From Candidatus Binatia bacterium (GTDB taxonomy: Bacteria > Desulfobacterota > Binatia > Bin18), in contig OY761159.2 in assembly GCA_963664395.2 (NCBI GenBank), forward strand, positions 1,024,001 through 1,088,000: a DNA stretch of 64,000 nucleotides. Reading direction: 5' to 3'. Shown piece after piece: positions 40,524 through 50,242 of the stretch. Under the pieces are notes generated by a model. That model made no database searches. It had not been told where the DNA came from and worked only from the letters and a program-made list of their open reading frames with translations. Position numbers and translations under genes: made by a program. Numbering within the stretch: position 1 is the first letter of the stretch; each line of letters begins with the position of its first letter.

Positions 40524-41454
40524 CGCCGCGCTTCTCGATCAGACCCGGAACCCGCAGCACCTCAAGGGCTTGCTGCTCATGCTCGGCGCAAGTTTGTGCT
40601 GGAGCACGGGCGGCCTGTTTGTTCGCTCCGTCAGCATCCCCAATAGTTGGGAGATTGCCTTCTGGCGCTCGCTCGCCATGGGGGTGTTCCTTTTCGTCTG
40701 GCTCGCCTTTCGTTACGCGGGCAACGTGCGACGAGCGGTCGGCGCCATCGGGCTGGGCGGCTTCCTGGCTGGCCTGTGTCTGGCCGCCTCATTCCTGGGT
40801 TTCATTCTCGCCGTCACCCAGACAACGGTGGCGCATACCCTCGTCATTATCAGCACCTCGCCCTTTCTTGCTGCGCTTCTTGGCCGGGTGTTTCTCGGGG
40901 AGCTGGTTCCGGCACGTCGCTACGTTGCCATGAGTATTGCCCTGACCGGCATCATCGCCATGTGTCTCGATTCTTTCACCGTCGGGACGCTGGCCGGGAG
41001 TGTCATAGCCGCTGGCGTTGCGGTCGCCTTTGCCGTCTGTGTGGTTTTGCTGCGTCACAGTCAGGCCCGAGCCGATATGACGCCGGCCATTCTGGTTGCT
41101 GCGCTCATCTCCAGCGCTGTGGCCCTGCCCTTCAGTCTGCCGTTTCAGGCCGCGTGGCAGGACATCGGCATATTGGCATGTATGGGTACCGTTCAGGGCG
41201 GGCTGGGATGCCTGCTCATGACGCTGGCGGCACGACATATTACCGCGGTCGAAGTCAGTCTTCTGGCCCTCCTGGAAACGATCCTTGGTCCGCTGTGGGT
41301 GTGGATCGGCGTGGGGGAACGACCCAGCGATCTTGCCATTGTTGGCGGTCTGGTTGTGGTTGCCTCGTTGGCCCTGAACGAACTCCTGGGCCTGTACGGA
41401 CAAAGCCGCACAGTGGAAGCACCGGCTGCACTGCCCTCAGGTCAATCCGTGTGA
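40507..41454 (+). CDS. DMT/EamA family transporter
   Basis: About ten hydrophobic segments, WSTGG..VR, AFWRS, EVSLL.LLE.ILGPLWVW...GE.P. Start codon uncertain (TTG 40507 or ATG 40579). Confidence 0.85.
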   Translation: MPSSRNAALLDQTRNPQHLKGLLLMLGASLCWSTGGLFVRSVSIPNSWEIAFWRSLAMGVFLFVWLAFRYAGNVRRAVGAIGLGGFLAGLCLAASFLGFILAVTQTTVAHTLVIISTSPFLAALLGRVFLGELVPARRYVAMSIALTGIIAMCLDSFTVGTLAGSVIAAGVAVAFAVCVVLLRHSQARADMTPAILVAALISSAVALPFSLPFQAAWQDIGILACMGTVQGGLGCLLMTLAARHITAVEVSLLALLETILGPLWVWIGVGERPSDLAIVGGLVVVASLALNELLGLYGQSRTVEAPAALPSGQSV

Positions 41455-42176
41455 TCTCGTTTATTATTCCCGCCTATAATGAACAGGATAACATTGGCCG
41501 AACGCTCCAGGCCCTGCACCAGGCCGTTCGGTCCTTAGACACAGCCTGTGAAATTCTGGTGGTGGACGATTCCTCGACCGACCGGACCGCCCCACTCGCC
41601 GCAGCCGGTGGGGCGTGCGTCCTTGCGGTCAGGAAGCGGCATATTGCGGCGACCCGCAACGCCGGGGCACGCGCGGCAAAGGGCGACTATCTCTTCTTTA
41701 TTGACGCGGATACCTGGATCAACGCCCCTCTCCTCCACGCGGCCGTTCACGCCCTCCGACAGGGCGCGGTGGGTGGCGGCAGTCGGTTTCGCTTTGACCG
41801 TCCACTGCCGTGGTATGGCAAAATCGCCGAGCGCATCGTGCCGCCGCTCTACAGCCTGGCGGGACTGGCCAGCGGAAGTTTTCTGTTTTGTACCCGCTCC
41901 GCCTTTGAAGCCGTGGGCGGTTTTGACGAGGCGCGCTACGCGTCAGAAGAAGTCTGGCTGAGTCTGGCGCTCCGCAAACGCGGCAGATTCGTGATTCTGC
42001 GCGAACACGTGATCACGTCAGGTCGTAAACTCCGGGTGTATTCACTCCGAGAGACGTTTCGCTTGTTTGGCTATCTACTCCGAACAGGTCCGCGGGCACT
42101 CCATCAACGCGAGGGTCTGGAGTTCTGGTATGGCGAGCGGCGGGCGGATACGTCCGAGCCGGAGGAGAGCGGCTGA
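41451..42176 (+). CDS. Glycosyltransferase family 2 protein
   Basis: GTG start overlaps the EamA stop; ISFIIPAYNE, VVDD.STD.T, RNAGA, FIDADT, VGGFDE, TSGRK. Confidence 0.88.
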   Translation: MISFIIPAYNEQDNIGRTLQALHQAVRSLDTACEILVVDDSSTDRTAPLAAAGGACVLAVRKRHIAATRNAGARAAKGDYLFFIDADTWINAPLLHAAVHALRQGAVGGGSRFRFDRPLPWYGKIAERIVPPLYSLAGLASGSFLFCTRSAFEAVGGFDEARYASEEVWLSLALRKRGRFVILREHVITSGRKLRVYSLRETFRLFGYLLRTGPRALHQREGLEFWYGERRADTSEPEESG

Positions 42177-42202
42177 CCGCAGCTCACCCGTTCAGCCGCG
42201 CT

Positions 42203-42233
42203 TGTCGGATTACGCTACGCTCATCCGACCTAC
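42203..42233. repeat. GTAG-type REP palindrome
   Basis: TGTCGGATTACGCTACGCTCATCCGACCTAC, matches 2990-3020. Confidence 0.75.
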
Positions 42234-42254
42234 TCGCTACGCAGAAAGAGCAAC

Positions 42255-42369
42255 ATCCCCTCTTGGGAGGCCTGTCCTGAGCCTAGTCGAAGGGCCGGGG
42301 TGGGTTCCTGGAACGCACCTGTAGGCAGACCCACCCCGCCGCTACGCGGCACCCCTCCGAGGAGGGGAT
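42255..42369. repeat. Inverted pair of REP-like elements with a nested second element
   Basis: ATCCCCTCTTGGGAGG[CCTGTCCTGAGCCTAGTCGAAGG]GCCGGGGTGGGT ... ACCCACCCC...CCCCTCCGAGGAGGGGAT. Confidence 0.65.
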
Positions 42370-42426
42370 TTTCGGATGCCTCGCTTCCTCACAGGTCGTG
42401 AGCCCGGCGAACGCTCAGCCTCTGCA

Positions 42427-43869
42427 TTAGGCACACACCGGCGGCAGTTTCTCGATCCACGGCTGGGCCTGTTCAAGCTGAGCCGCAACGCTGAGCAACA
42501 CGTCTTCCCGCCCGTACGCAGGCATGAGATGTACGCCAACCGGCAGGCCGTCTTCACTCCAGTGTAGAGGCAAGGAAATCCCCGGTTGGCCGGTCACATT
42601 CGCAACCGGGGTATACGGGATCAGGTCGATCACCCGCCGATACACCTCATCCGGGTCGGCCGCGGCGCTGCATAGTTGACCCAAAGGCGGCGGCGGTGAG
42701 CCAAGGGTCGAGGTGAGGAGCAGGTCAAACCCCTCGGCCCACCAAGCGGCGAGACGACGCTCCCAGCGTTCCAGCCATTCGAGCGCGGCAATATACTCCG
42801 TCACACCGATGGACCGGCCCCGGTTCATGAGATCCCAGGTGTAGCGCTCAAAATCGCCGGGACCGACTTCGCGGCCAAGCGCGTCGGCAACGTCTTCAGC
42901 GGTCCGTGCGGAGTGGGCGAGTACAATCGTGCCAAAGGGAGCACCCCATTGCTCGTCCAGCGCCTCCGGGTACGCGGTTTCGACCCGATGGCCGAGAGAC
43001 TCCAGGAGTTTTGCCGCGTTCTCTGCCGCGGCTACACATTCGGGATGCAGGGCGTCTTGATTGCCCGGCCGCTTGGTCATCAGGCCGATGCGGAGCGAGC
43101 CGGGGTCACGTTGGGCAGCCGCGACGAACGAGCCCTCACAGGCGGGAGCCGTATACGGGTCGCCCGGCATGTGCCCTGCGGTCGCGTCAAGGACGGTGGC
43201 CGCGTCACGCACGGACAGCGAGACCACCCCTTCGGCAATGCAGCCGGCCCAGGCTTCGCCATAATCCGGCCCGAGCGATAAACGCCCCCGACTGGGTTTC
43301 AGGCCGACCAAGCCACACGCACTGGCTGGGATGCGAATCGACCCCCCGCCATCATTGGCGTGCGCCACGGGAACTATACGCGCGGCTACCGCCGCGGCAC
43401 TGCCGCCGCTCGACCCACCGGTCGAGTGGTTGGTATTCCACGGATTCCGGGTCGGACCGTAGGCTTCCGGCTCCGTCGTGGTGGCGAAGCCGAATTCCGG
43501 GGTGTTGGTCTGGCCAATCGTAATCAGGCCGGCGGCACGGAATTTGTCGGCCAGATAGGTGCTGTGCGAGGCCGTGTATTTCGCCTCTTTGAGCCCCTTA
43601 CAGCCACTATGGATTTCATCCCCGGCATGCGCGCAGAACAGGTCTTTCAGCAGGAAGGGCACCCCCTTGAGCGGACCGTCGGGTAAGGCTGCCGAGTCGG
43701 CTTCGGCGCGCGCCTTTTCATACCGCGGACGGATTACGGCATTAAGTTGCGGGTTGAGCTTTTCCACCCGCTCGATAGCGGCATCCACAAGCTCCCGTGG
43801 ACTGACTGCTCCGCTCCGCACCAACTCGGCCTGCGCGCTTGCATCCATTTTTGCGAGATCGTCTGCCAT
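42427..43869 (-). CDS. Amidase signature family enzyme (paralogue of 38426-39871)
   Basis: [34 protein letters not shown]; same C-terminus PPVCA. Confidence 0.92.
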   Translation of the reverse strand: MADDLAKMDASAQAELVRSGAVSPRELVDAAIERVEKLNPQLNAVIRPRYEKARAEADSAALPDGPLKGVPFLLKDLFCAHAGDEIHSGCKGLKEAKYTASHSTYLADKFRAAGLITIGQTNTPEFGFATTTEPEAYGPTRNPWNTNHSTGGSSGGSAAAVAARIVPVAHANDGGGSIRIPASACGLVGLKPSRGRLSLGPDYGEAWAGCIAEGVVSLSVRDAATVLDATAGHMPGDPYTAPACEGSFVAAAQRDPGSLRIGLMTKRPGNQDALHPECVAAAENAAKLLESLGHRVETAYPEALDEQWGAPFGTIVLAHSARTAEDVADALGREVGPGDFERYTWDLMNRGRSIGVTEYIAALEWLERWERRLAAWWAEGFDLLLTSTLGSPPPPLGQLCSAAADPDEVYRRVIDLIPYTPVANVTGQPGISLPLHWSEDGLPVGVHLMPAYGREDVLLSVAAQLEQAQPWIEKLPPVCA

Positions 43870-43890
43870 GATCGGTCCTCCCTTACGGTT

Positions 43891-43935
43891 GATCGTGAAT
43901 TATATCGATCGTGAATTATATTGATCGTGAATTAT
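43891..43935. repeat. 16-bp tandem repeat (~2.8 copies) in the amidase promoter
   Basis: GATCGTGAATTATATY repeated; TTGACA lies on the minus strand at 43955-43960. Confidence 0.85.
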
Positions 43936-44061
43936 CCGGCCAGGCGGGAAAGTTTGTCAAGGAAAAGAATAAGGAAGAAGTAAATATTTGCTTGTCATTC
44001 GGTATTCCCGCCACTACTCTTTACGTCGTCATTGAGCATGAAGCCTGAAGAAAGGACGTAT

Positions 44062-45105
44062 ATGGACCGTATCGGCGTTGGTTTCTGGGGTGGGATGGCG
44101 GTCAATGAGCTCATTGACTGCGTCAGCCTGGCAGATCAAAAAGGCTATGAGTCGGCCTATCTGATCGAAAGCTTTGCCGATGCCTTTGGCGTGCTGTCGG
44201 CTTGCGCGCGTGAAACGTCCAAGATCATTCTTGCAACCGGCGTGGCCACAGTCTTTACCCGTAACCCGACGACCATTGCCACCGCCGCCGCGACCGTGGA
44301 TGCTATTTCAGCCGGCCGCTTTCGACTCGGCTTAGGCATCGGCCACTCGGAAATCCACCGGGCGCGAGATAATCCGGAACCGAGTCGCCCCTTCCCTTTT
44401 GACCGGCCCCTGCGTCGGCTGCGCGAAACAACCGAGGTTGTCCGCACCATCCTGAAAGGCGCAACCGCGGGCCGGCGCGTCAATTATAGCGGCCAGATCT
44501 TCCAGATTACCGACTACGAGCCGTGGCTCCATCCCTACCGCGATACTATCCCTTTCTACTTTGGGGCATTGTCGGAAAAGACCCTGGCGCTGGCGGGCGA
44601 GGTTGCCGACGGCGTACTGCCCATCTTTGTCCCGCTCGACGGCATTCCTGATGTCCTGTCAGCAGTCCAACGCGGGGCGCGGCGGGTTGGGCGTGATCCG
44701 TCTGCCATTGATATCGGCTGCTATCTGCCGTGCTGTGTCAGCCCGGACCCCGCCGCGGCAAAACGCGCGATGCAGTACGTGACGGCCATTCATATTACTG
44801 CGTATGGCTTGTACGCCCAGTATTTTGAAAGGCGCGGCTATGCGGAGACAGTCGCCCGTATGCGTACCTGCGCGACGCGTGGCGATATGGACGGGGCAGC
44901 CGCCCTGGTCACGGATGAGATGGTCGACGCCTTTGCCGTCTATGGTTCCGCTGAGCAGTGTCACCAAAAGATCGCCCGGTACCGAGCCGCCGGGGTGACC
45001 CTGCCCATTGTCTATCCTATTCATCCGACTTTCACGAATTATTTACCGGATGCCGCGGCACGGGACGGCATCCGCTATACCATTGAGGCTTTAGCTCCAG
45101 GGTAA
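44062..45105 (+). CDS. LLM-class flavin/F420-dependent oxidoreductase
   Basis: LATGVA..FTR.P...A..AAT.D.IS.GRF.LGLG.GH, LAGEVADG. Confidence 0.85.
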   Translation: MDRIGVGFWGGMAVNELIDCVSLADQKGYESAYLIESFADAFGVLSACARETSKIILATGVATVFTRNPTTIATAAATVDAISAGRFRLGLGIGHSEIHRARDNPEPSRPFPFDRPLRRLRETTEVVRTILKGATAGRRVNYSGQIFQITDYEPWLHPYRDTIPFYFGALSEKTLALAGEVADGVLPIFVPLDGIPDVLSAVQRGARRVGRDPSAIDIGCYLPCCVSPDPAAAKRAMQYVTAIHITAYGLYAQYFERRGYAETVARMRTCATRGDMDGAAALVTDEMVDAFAVYGSAEQCHQKIARYRAAGVTLPIVYPIHPTFTNYLPDAAARDGIRYTIEALAPG

Positions 45106-45149
45106 GCGGGCAGAAACACGTATGAGCCTCTTATTATAAGGTGAAATGT

Positions 45150-45189
45150 TTATCGATAATAATACGTCATACTATTGTCCTATCGATGG
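45150..45189 (+). promoter_or_regulatory. Paired ATCGAT-core palindromes (putative antitoxin autoregulation operators) around a -10-like CATACT
   Basis: TTATCGATAA at 45150 and CCTATCGATGG at 45179, just upstream of the AbrB gene. Confidence 0.45.
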
Positions 45190-45198
45190 AGACTTGAC

Positions 45199-45429
45199 AT
45201 GCAAACGGTAACAATCTCACCTAAGTTTCAAATTGTCATCCCGAAGGAAATCCGCGAAAATCTCCGGCTCAGTCCTGGCCAAAAAGTGCAGGCGATCATA
45301 TACGATGGCCGCATCGAACTGATCCCCTTACGGCCACTGAAACAGATGCGCGGGTTTCTGAAGGGCATCGATACAACAATAATACGAGAGGAACGTGGAT
45401 GTTGTCGCCGGGGTAAATATATACCGTGA
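45199..45429 (+). CDS. AbrB/MazE-fold antitoxin (VapB-like), C-terminus apparently altered, no toxin downstream
   Basis: MQTVTISPKFQIVIPKEIRE.L.L.PGQKV...RIELIP...MRGFLKGIDT. Confidence 0.8.
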   Translation: MQTVTISPKFQIVIPKEIRENLRLSPGQKVQAIIYDGRIELIPLRPLKQMRGFLKGIDTTIIREERGCCRRGKYIP

Positions 45430-45547
45430 GGACACTGCCGAAGAGTGTGAAACGAGTCGCAACAGATGAACCGCTCGGTGCCTTGATGCAACAAGGGACA
45501 ACTTAAGCGCGTCGCTCTCCCTTGCATCAGAGGGCCGGCATAGCAAC
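45401..45547. ncRNA. Candidate structured element, copy 1
   Basis: GTTGTCGCCGG/CCGGCATAGCAAC closing stem; hairpins GGTA/TACC, ACACT/AGTGT, CGAG/CTCG, TGATGCAA/TTGCATCA. Confidence 0.4.
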
Positions 45548-45592
45548 CGCCCGTACAATGCATCCTTGGACGCAGGACTCGACTTCAGCTAT

Positions 45593-45685
45593 TGCCGGGG
45601 TAAAATATACCGTGAAGAAGAAAACGAGCGGATGAACCCTCGTCACTGCTGAAACGGGAACAACAAAACCTTGGAGGGCCGGCAT
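45593..45685. ncRNA. Candidate structured element, copy 2
   Basis: Same ordered blocks GCCGGGGTAAA.ATACCGTGA, AAACGAG, GATGAACC.CTCG, GAGGGCCGGCAT. Confidence 0.4.
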
Positions 45686-45854
45686 CCCGTCCCATCAGCC
45701 GCGTCACCGTCGGACCGGCTAACACCCGCTCCTTATAGCCGTCTAAAACGGATAAGCTGTTCTCGGCATATGCTCCCCTGTACGTCATCCTGGGCTAGCG
45801 GAGAGAGCTAAGAGAGAATACAGGCAAAGAACAGGCAGCACAGGAGGAAAGCAC

Positions 45855-46145
45855 ATGTCAGCCTATATCATTGTGGATGTTCAGGTGACCGACCCCGAGG
45901 TGTACACAGGCTACACCAAACTCGTCCCGGCAACCGTTGAAGCCTACGGTGGGAAATTCATCGTCCGGGGGGGAGCCGCAGAAAATATGGAGGGCGACTG
46001 GGAACCCAACCGGGTGGTTGTGCTCGAATTCGAGAGCGTTGCCCAAGCCAAGGCCTGGTATAACTCGGAAGAGTACCGTGAGCCTAAAGGCATCCGGCAC
46101 AGCGCCTCTCAGGCAAAAATGATTGTGGTTGAAGGGGCAGCGTAA
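45855..46145 (+). CDS. DUF1330 family protein
   Basis: MSAYIIV...YGGKFIVRGG....EG.W.P.RVVVLEF.S...A.AWY.S.EY; RBS AGGAGG. Confidence 0.88.
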   Translation: MSAYIIVDVQVTDPEVYTGYTKLVPATVEAYGGKFIVRGGAAENMEGDWEPNRVVVLEFESVAQAKAWYNSEEYREPKGIRHSASQAKMIVVEGAA

Positions 46146-46151
46146 TCGCGT

Positions 46152-46643
46152 ATGCAATTCCTGACAACGGATTTATGTGACGCCCATCCAGACCTTGTCC
46201 GCGTTGTGGAACCACTGTTTACCAATTATGGCGGCAAGGTCTGCTTTGGTGGCGAGGTCGTGACCATAAAATGTCACGAAGATAATTCCCTGGTAAAAGA
46301 GCACGCCGGCAAGCCGGGGCAAGGAAAAGTATTGGTCGTGGACGGGGGCGGCTCCATGCGACGCGCCTTGCTGGGCGATGTGATCGCAGCCACAGCACTC
46401 CAGAATGGCTGGGAAGGGTGCATTATCTATGGCTGCATTCGGGATGTAGATGCCATCCGGGCGTTGAAGCTTGGAGTGCAGGCGCTCGGAGTCATGCCCC
46501 TACGAACAGAGAAACGTGGCATTGGCGACCTGGATATTCCTGTCACGTTCGGGGGCGTCACCTTTCAGCCGGGTGAGTTTGTGTATGCCGACAATAACGG
46601 CATTATCGTATCAGCCGAACCGCTTATCACGCCGGCCTCATAG
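46152..46643 (+). CDS. rraA: RraA family protein (RNase E regulator / HMG-aldolase-like)
   Basis: [48 protein letters not shown]. Confidence 0.88.
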   Translation: MQFLTTDLCDAHPDLVRVVEPLFTNYGGKVCFGGEVVTIKCHEDNSLVKEHAGKPGQGKVLVVDGGGSMRRALLGDVIAATALQNGWEGCIIYGCIRDVDAIRALKLGVQALGVMPLRTEKRGIGDLDIPVTFGGVTFQPGEFVYADNNGIIVSAEPLITPAS

Positions 46644-46767
46644 TTTGTCAGTATCGATTCGAGACGTATCACGCTAAGAAACCCAGCCACAGAGCGACAA
46701 CATTGTTGCCTATGGGGGAGGAAGGGTGCTACTGATCGGGCAAGTCTTCTGCACTAAAGGACTCCCC

Positions 46768-47517
46768 ATGCTCATCGATCAACCCGACGGCAATTTCACC
46801 TTCATCAAAAGTAGCGGCCCTTTTTCCTCCGGCTGCCGTGCCCAGCCCGGCTATGAGGTGGCGCACGCCACCTTTCATCCGCTGCCCGCGCTGGAAAAAG
46901 GCTATGAGCTGATTGCGCATCATCTCCAGCAGCTCGGCCGCCCCATCCAGGCACTGTGTGGGCTGGAGCTGCGCATCCCGCAACCGCTCTCACCCCAGGG
47001 GTTTGCCGAGTTCAATGAACCCTACGTCCAGCGACTCGCAGACTGGAACGTCCTGGTTGATGGCCTCAACCCCACGGCGCGGACCAACGTGGCGCTGGCC
47101 GTCCACCCGGTTGCCGAGCCCTCGCTCTACGGGTTTTCCTACACCGTGCCCACGGACCACGACCGCCCCAGCTTTGTCCTGTCCGGGGCGGCTGAAATCC
47201 AGCGGTCCGAAAAAGGGTCCGAAATCGTCAGCCGCGGAGACGTGTCGCCGCAGGGCCTCAGCCACAAGGCGCAGGCGGTTCTTGAAATCCTGGCGGACCG
47301 CTTACAGGAGTTCAGCCTCGCCTGGACCGATGTGACGGCCGTCGAGCTGTACACCGTTCACAACGTGCACCCGCTGCTGGAAACGGAGATTCTGCCCGGT
47401 CTGGCCAGCGGCGGGCATCACGGCCTGCGCTGGCACTACGCCCGTCCGCCGGTCACCGAGGTCGAGGTCGAGATGGGCGCGCAGGGGGTGTATCAGGAGT
47501 TGGTCTTGCCGGGGTAG
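46768..47517 (+). CDS. CnbZ-like (2-amino-5-chloromuconate deaminase-like) Rid-superfamily protein
   Basis: GN..FI....FSSG..A.PG, GRP..ALCG.ELR.P, F.EFN..Y, NP.ARTNV, FSYT.P, SFV.SG, W..ARPPV..E.EM. Confidence 0.65.
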   Translation: MLIDQPDGNFTFIKSSGPFSSGCRAQPGYEVAHATFHPLPALEKGYELIAHHLQQLGRPIQALCGLELRIPQPLSPQGFAEFNEPYVQRLADWNVLVDGLNPTARTNVALAVHPVAEPSLYGFSYTVPTDHDRPSFVLSGAAEIQRSEKGSEIVSRGDVSPQGLSHKAQAVLEILADRLQEFSLAWTDVTAVELYTVHNVHPLLETEILPGLASGGHHGLRWHYARPPVTEVEVEMGAQGVYQELVLPG

Positions 47518-47821
47518 CCGGCACTTGGCCGGTCTGAGGCATGTGCGTTGCGCCAACCCCGAAAAGCCGTCCTTGTTAGGGGTTGCGCCTCGTCTGGCAA
47601 AATTAATCAGCAAGACGGCACCCCAATAACGGCTGTTCCAGTTATCCACCTCCGGAACGGCATCCTTCATCAGACATACTCACGCCGTCCATACTGGCCC
47701 ACCAGCTCAATAGACTGGGGGCCGAGTGTGACGCTGCCCTTCACCTTGACCTCCAGATATAAACGCGCAATGGTGATGAAACTGACTGAGCAGGTTTTGC
47801 CATGAGAGCGGGGGAGAACCA

Positions 47822-50209
47822 ATGACCACGAGTCTGGTCGGTACGGGAAAAGCAGTCGGAACGCGGGTGAGACGGGTCGAAGACCCGCGAGTGCTCTTGG
47901 GTCAAAGCCAATATGTCGATGATATCCACCTGCCCGGCACCCTCGGTGTCGCGTTTGTCCGTAGCCCCTACGCCCATGCCCGTGTGCTCAAGGTCGATGT
48001 CAGCGCCGCTCAAGCATATCCAGGGGTGGAGGCGGTCTTGACCGGGGCAGATGTTGCCCAGGCGATCCGGCCCTTACGCGTGGAGTATGACCCAGCCAAG
48101 GCCCCGAAACACAAGCCGTGCAACTGGTCGGTGTTAGCCCAGGACAAGGTTCGTTTCGTGGGAGAACCCGTGGCGGTCGTCGTCGCATCTGATCGCTACA
48201 CGGCGGAGGATGCAGCTGCTCTTGCGGAAGTCGACTACGAGCCTATCGAGGTTGTGCGAGACATAGAACAGGCCATGGAACCGAACGCGCCGCTTATCCA
48301 TGAGGAATGGGGCGACAATCTCATGCAGTCGGTGGACATGGAGGCCGGAGCGATTGCCCAGGCATTCCAATCAGCGGACTGCATAGTGGCTGAGCGCTTT
48401 GCCACCGGCCGACATCTGGCGCTGCCCATGGAGACGCGGGGCTGTCTGGCCCACTATGAGACAGCGCTGAACTCCCTCACACTGTGGTCTTCGACCCAAG
48501 TGCCGCATCTGATGCGCGCCCACCTTGCCCGCCTGCTTGACTTTCCCGAACACCATATCCGGGTCATTGCGCCGGATGTCGGCGGGGGGTTTGGACCGAA
48601 GGCCTATGTCTATCCCGAAGAAGTCTTGCTGTCCTTCCTCTCCAAGCGGGTGGGCTGCCCGGTCAAATGGATCGAAGATCGACGCGAAAACTTATCCGCA
48701 TCGACGTTGCAGGCTAAGCAACAAGTCGTGCACGCGGAGCTCGCCCTTACAAAGGATGGAGCTATTCTGGGGGTCAAGGGGCGTTTTATATGCGACGTAG
48801 GCGCATACTCAGCCTATCCGTGGGGCTCCGCCCTGGAAGCCGGCATGGCAGCGTCAGCCTTCCCTGGAGGCCCGTATAAGGTCCCGGCCTTCCACTGCGA
48901 GGCCCTCTCAGTTGTCACCAACAAGGTGACGAGTGGAGCGTATCGTGGGGTGGGCTTGCCGGTCAGCATCCTGGTCATGGAACGCCTGCTCGACCTGGGG
49001 GCACGGAAATTAGGGCTCGACCCAGCCGAATTACGCCTCCGTAATATGATCCGTAAGGAAGAACATCCCTATCAGATCGTCACCGGGGTTGAGATTGAAA
49101 GCGGCAGCCACCGCGAATCTCTGCAAAAAGCCTTGGACATGCTCGACTATGAGGCTTTCCGGGCCGAGCAGCAGCAGGCGAGACAACACGGGCGATACAT
49201 CGGCGTTGGCCTGGGCTGTTATGTTGAGAGCTCGTCCTACAGCTATCGCAGTTTTGAGCCGGTCGGCATCAACTGGGGCGGCTATGAATCCGCCACCGTG
49301 CGCATAGACGCAAACGGCAAGGTCACCGTCCTCGTTGGGACCCACTCCCACGGCCAGGGCCATGAGACGACGTTTGCCCAGGTTGCGGCAGATGAACTGG
49401 GCGTGTCCGTCGCTGACGTCAGAGTGATCCAGGGAGATACCACGACCGTCCCACACGGCTGGGGGACGTGGGCCAGCCGCAGTGCCGTGCTCGGCGGCGG
49501 GGCGATTATTCAGGCGTCGAGCCGGCTGCGGGAGAAAATTCTGCGCACCGCCTCACGCCTGAGCGAGGTGCCACAAGATGACCTTGAGTTGGCCGAGGGG
49601 CTGGTCCGGCGTAAGACGGATGAGATGACACTCATGCCACTCCAAGACATCGCTCATCTCCTAGTTGTGCAAGCACCAGCAGGCTTGCCGGAAGACGAAG
49701 AGCCAGGTCTGGAAGCGACCGCCCACTACACCCCGCCCCCGTGGACCCATGCCAATGCCACCTTCCTGGCGACTGTTGAGGTGGACATCGAAACCGGCTG
49801 CGTACAGCTCTTACGTCTTATTGCGGTTGAGGACTGTGGCACAATTATCAACCCGATGGTGGTTGATGGACAGATCCAAGGCGGCGTGGCCCAGGGGATA
49901 GGAACAGCACTGTACGAGCAGACGGTGTACGACGAAAATGGCCAACTGCTGACGGGTACGCTGATGGACTATCTGGCCCCAACAGCGGTGGACGTACCTC
50001 AGGTAGAAATCGGACATATTGAAACGCCGGCCCCGAATACGCCGCACGGCATCAAAGGCATGGGCGAAGGCGGGGCTATTTCACCGCCGGCAGCCATAGC
50101 CAATGCCGTGGCAGATGCCCTGGCACCGTTGGGGGTGCGAGTCAACGAGATTCCACTCACCCCAGAGCGCGTCCTCATGCTGATTGACCAAGGGCGTAAT
50201 GGAGCGTGA
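47822..50209 (+). CDS. Xanthine dehydrogenase/CoxL-family molybdopterin-binding subunit
   Basis: RVEDPR.L.G...YVDD, RSPYAHA, DVGGGFG.K, AYRGVG, HGQGHETT, ASRS, GQIQGG.AQG.G, KGMGEGG. Confidence 0.9.
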   Translation: MTTSLVGTGKAVGTRVRRVEDPRVLLGQSQYVDDIHLPGTLGVAFVRSPYAHARVLKVDVSAAQAYPGVEAVLTGADVAQAIRPLRVEYDPAKAPKHKPCNWSVLAQDKVRFVGEPVAVVVASDRYTAEDAAALAEVDYEPIEVVRDIEQAMEPNAPLIHEEWGDNLMQSVDMEAGAIAQAFQSADCIVAERFATGRHLALPMETRGCLAHYETALNSLTLWSSTQVPHLMRAHLARLLDFPEHHIRVIAPDVGGGFGPKAYVYPEEVLLSFLSKRVGCPVKWIEDRRENLSASTLQAKQQVVHAELALTKDGAILGVKGRFICDVGAYSAYPWGSALEAGMAASAFPGGPYKVPAFHCEALSVVTNKVTSGAYRGVGLPVSILVMERLLDLGARKLGLDPAELRLRNMIRKEEHPYQIVTGVEIESGSHRESLQKALDMLDYEAFRAEQQQARQHGRYIGVGLGCYVESSSYSYRSFEPVGINWGGYESATVRIDANGKVTVLVGTHSHGQGHETTFAQVAADELGVSVADVRVIQGDTTTVPHGWGTWASRSAVLGGGAIIQASSRLREKILRTASRLSEVPQDDLELAEGLVRRKTDEMTLMPLQDIAHLLVVQAPAGLPEDEEPGLEATAHYTPPPWTHANATFLATVEVDIETGCVQLLRLIAVEDCGTIINPMVVDGQIQGGVAQGIGTALYEQTVYDENGQLLTGTLMDYLAPTAVDVPQVEIGHIETPAPNTPHGIKGMGEGGAISPPAAIANAVADALAPLGVRVNEIPLTPERVLMLIDQGRNGA

Positions 50210-50242
50210 GATGTTTGAAAAGGTCAGCAAGAGGAGAAGCGG

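Noticed and set aside
40647-41450. Apparent 509-aa glycosyltransferase fusion
   Set aside because: The N-terminal half is an off-frame read of the EamA gene. The GT2 fold starts at GTG 41451.
43891-43935. Possible CRISPR array
   Set aside because: The repeats are contiguous with no spacers and there are no cas genes.
45677-45702. Resemblance to the HDV ribozyme 5' end (GGCCGGCAT...GTCCCA..AGCC)
   Set aside because: I could not find the downstream P1 partner or the nested pseudoknot. The similarity is probably chance.
47548-47805. Short ORFs between the CnbZ-like and CoxL-like genes
   Set aside because: No convincing start, RBS or family motif. It may be a decayed fragment but I cannot support a call.
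47822-50209. Aerobic CO dehydrogenase
   Set aside because: It lacks the Cu-binding AYxCSFR motif and the cox accessory genes.
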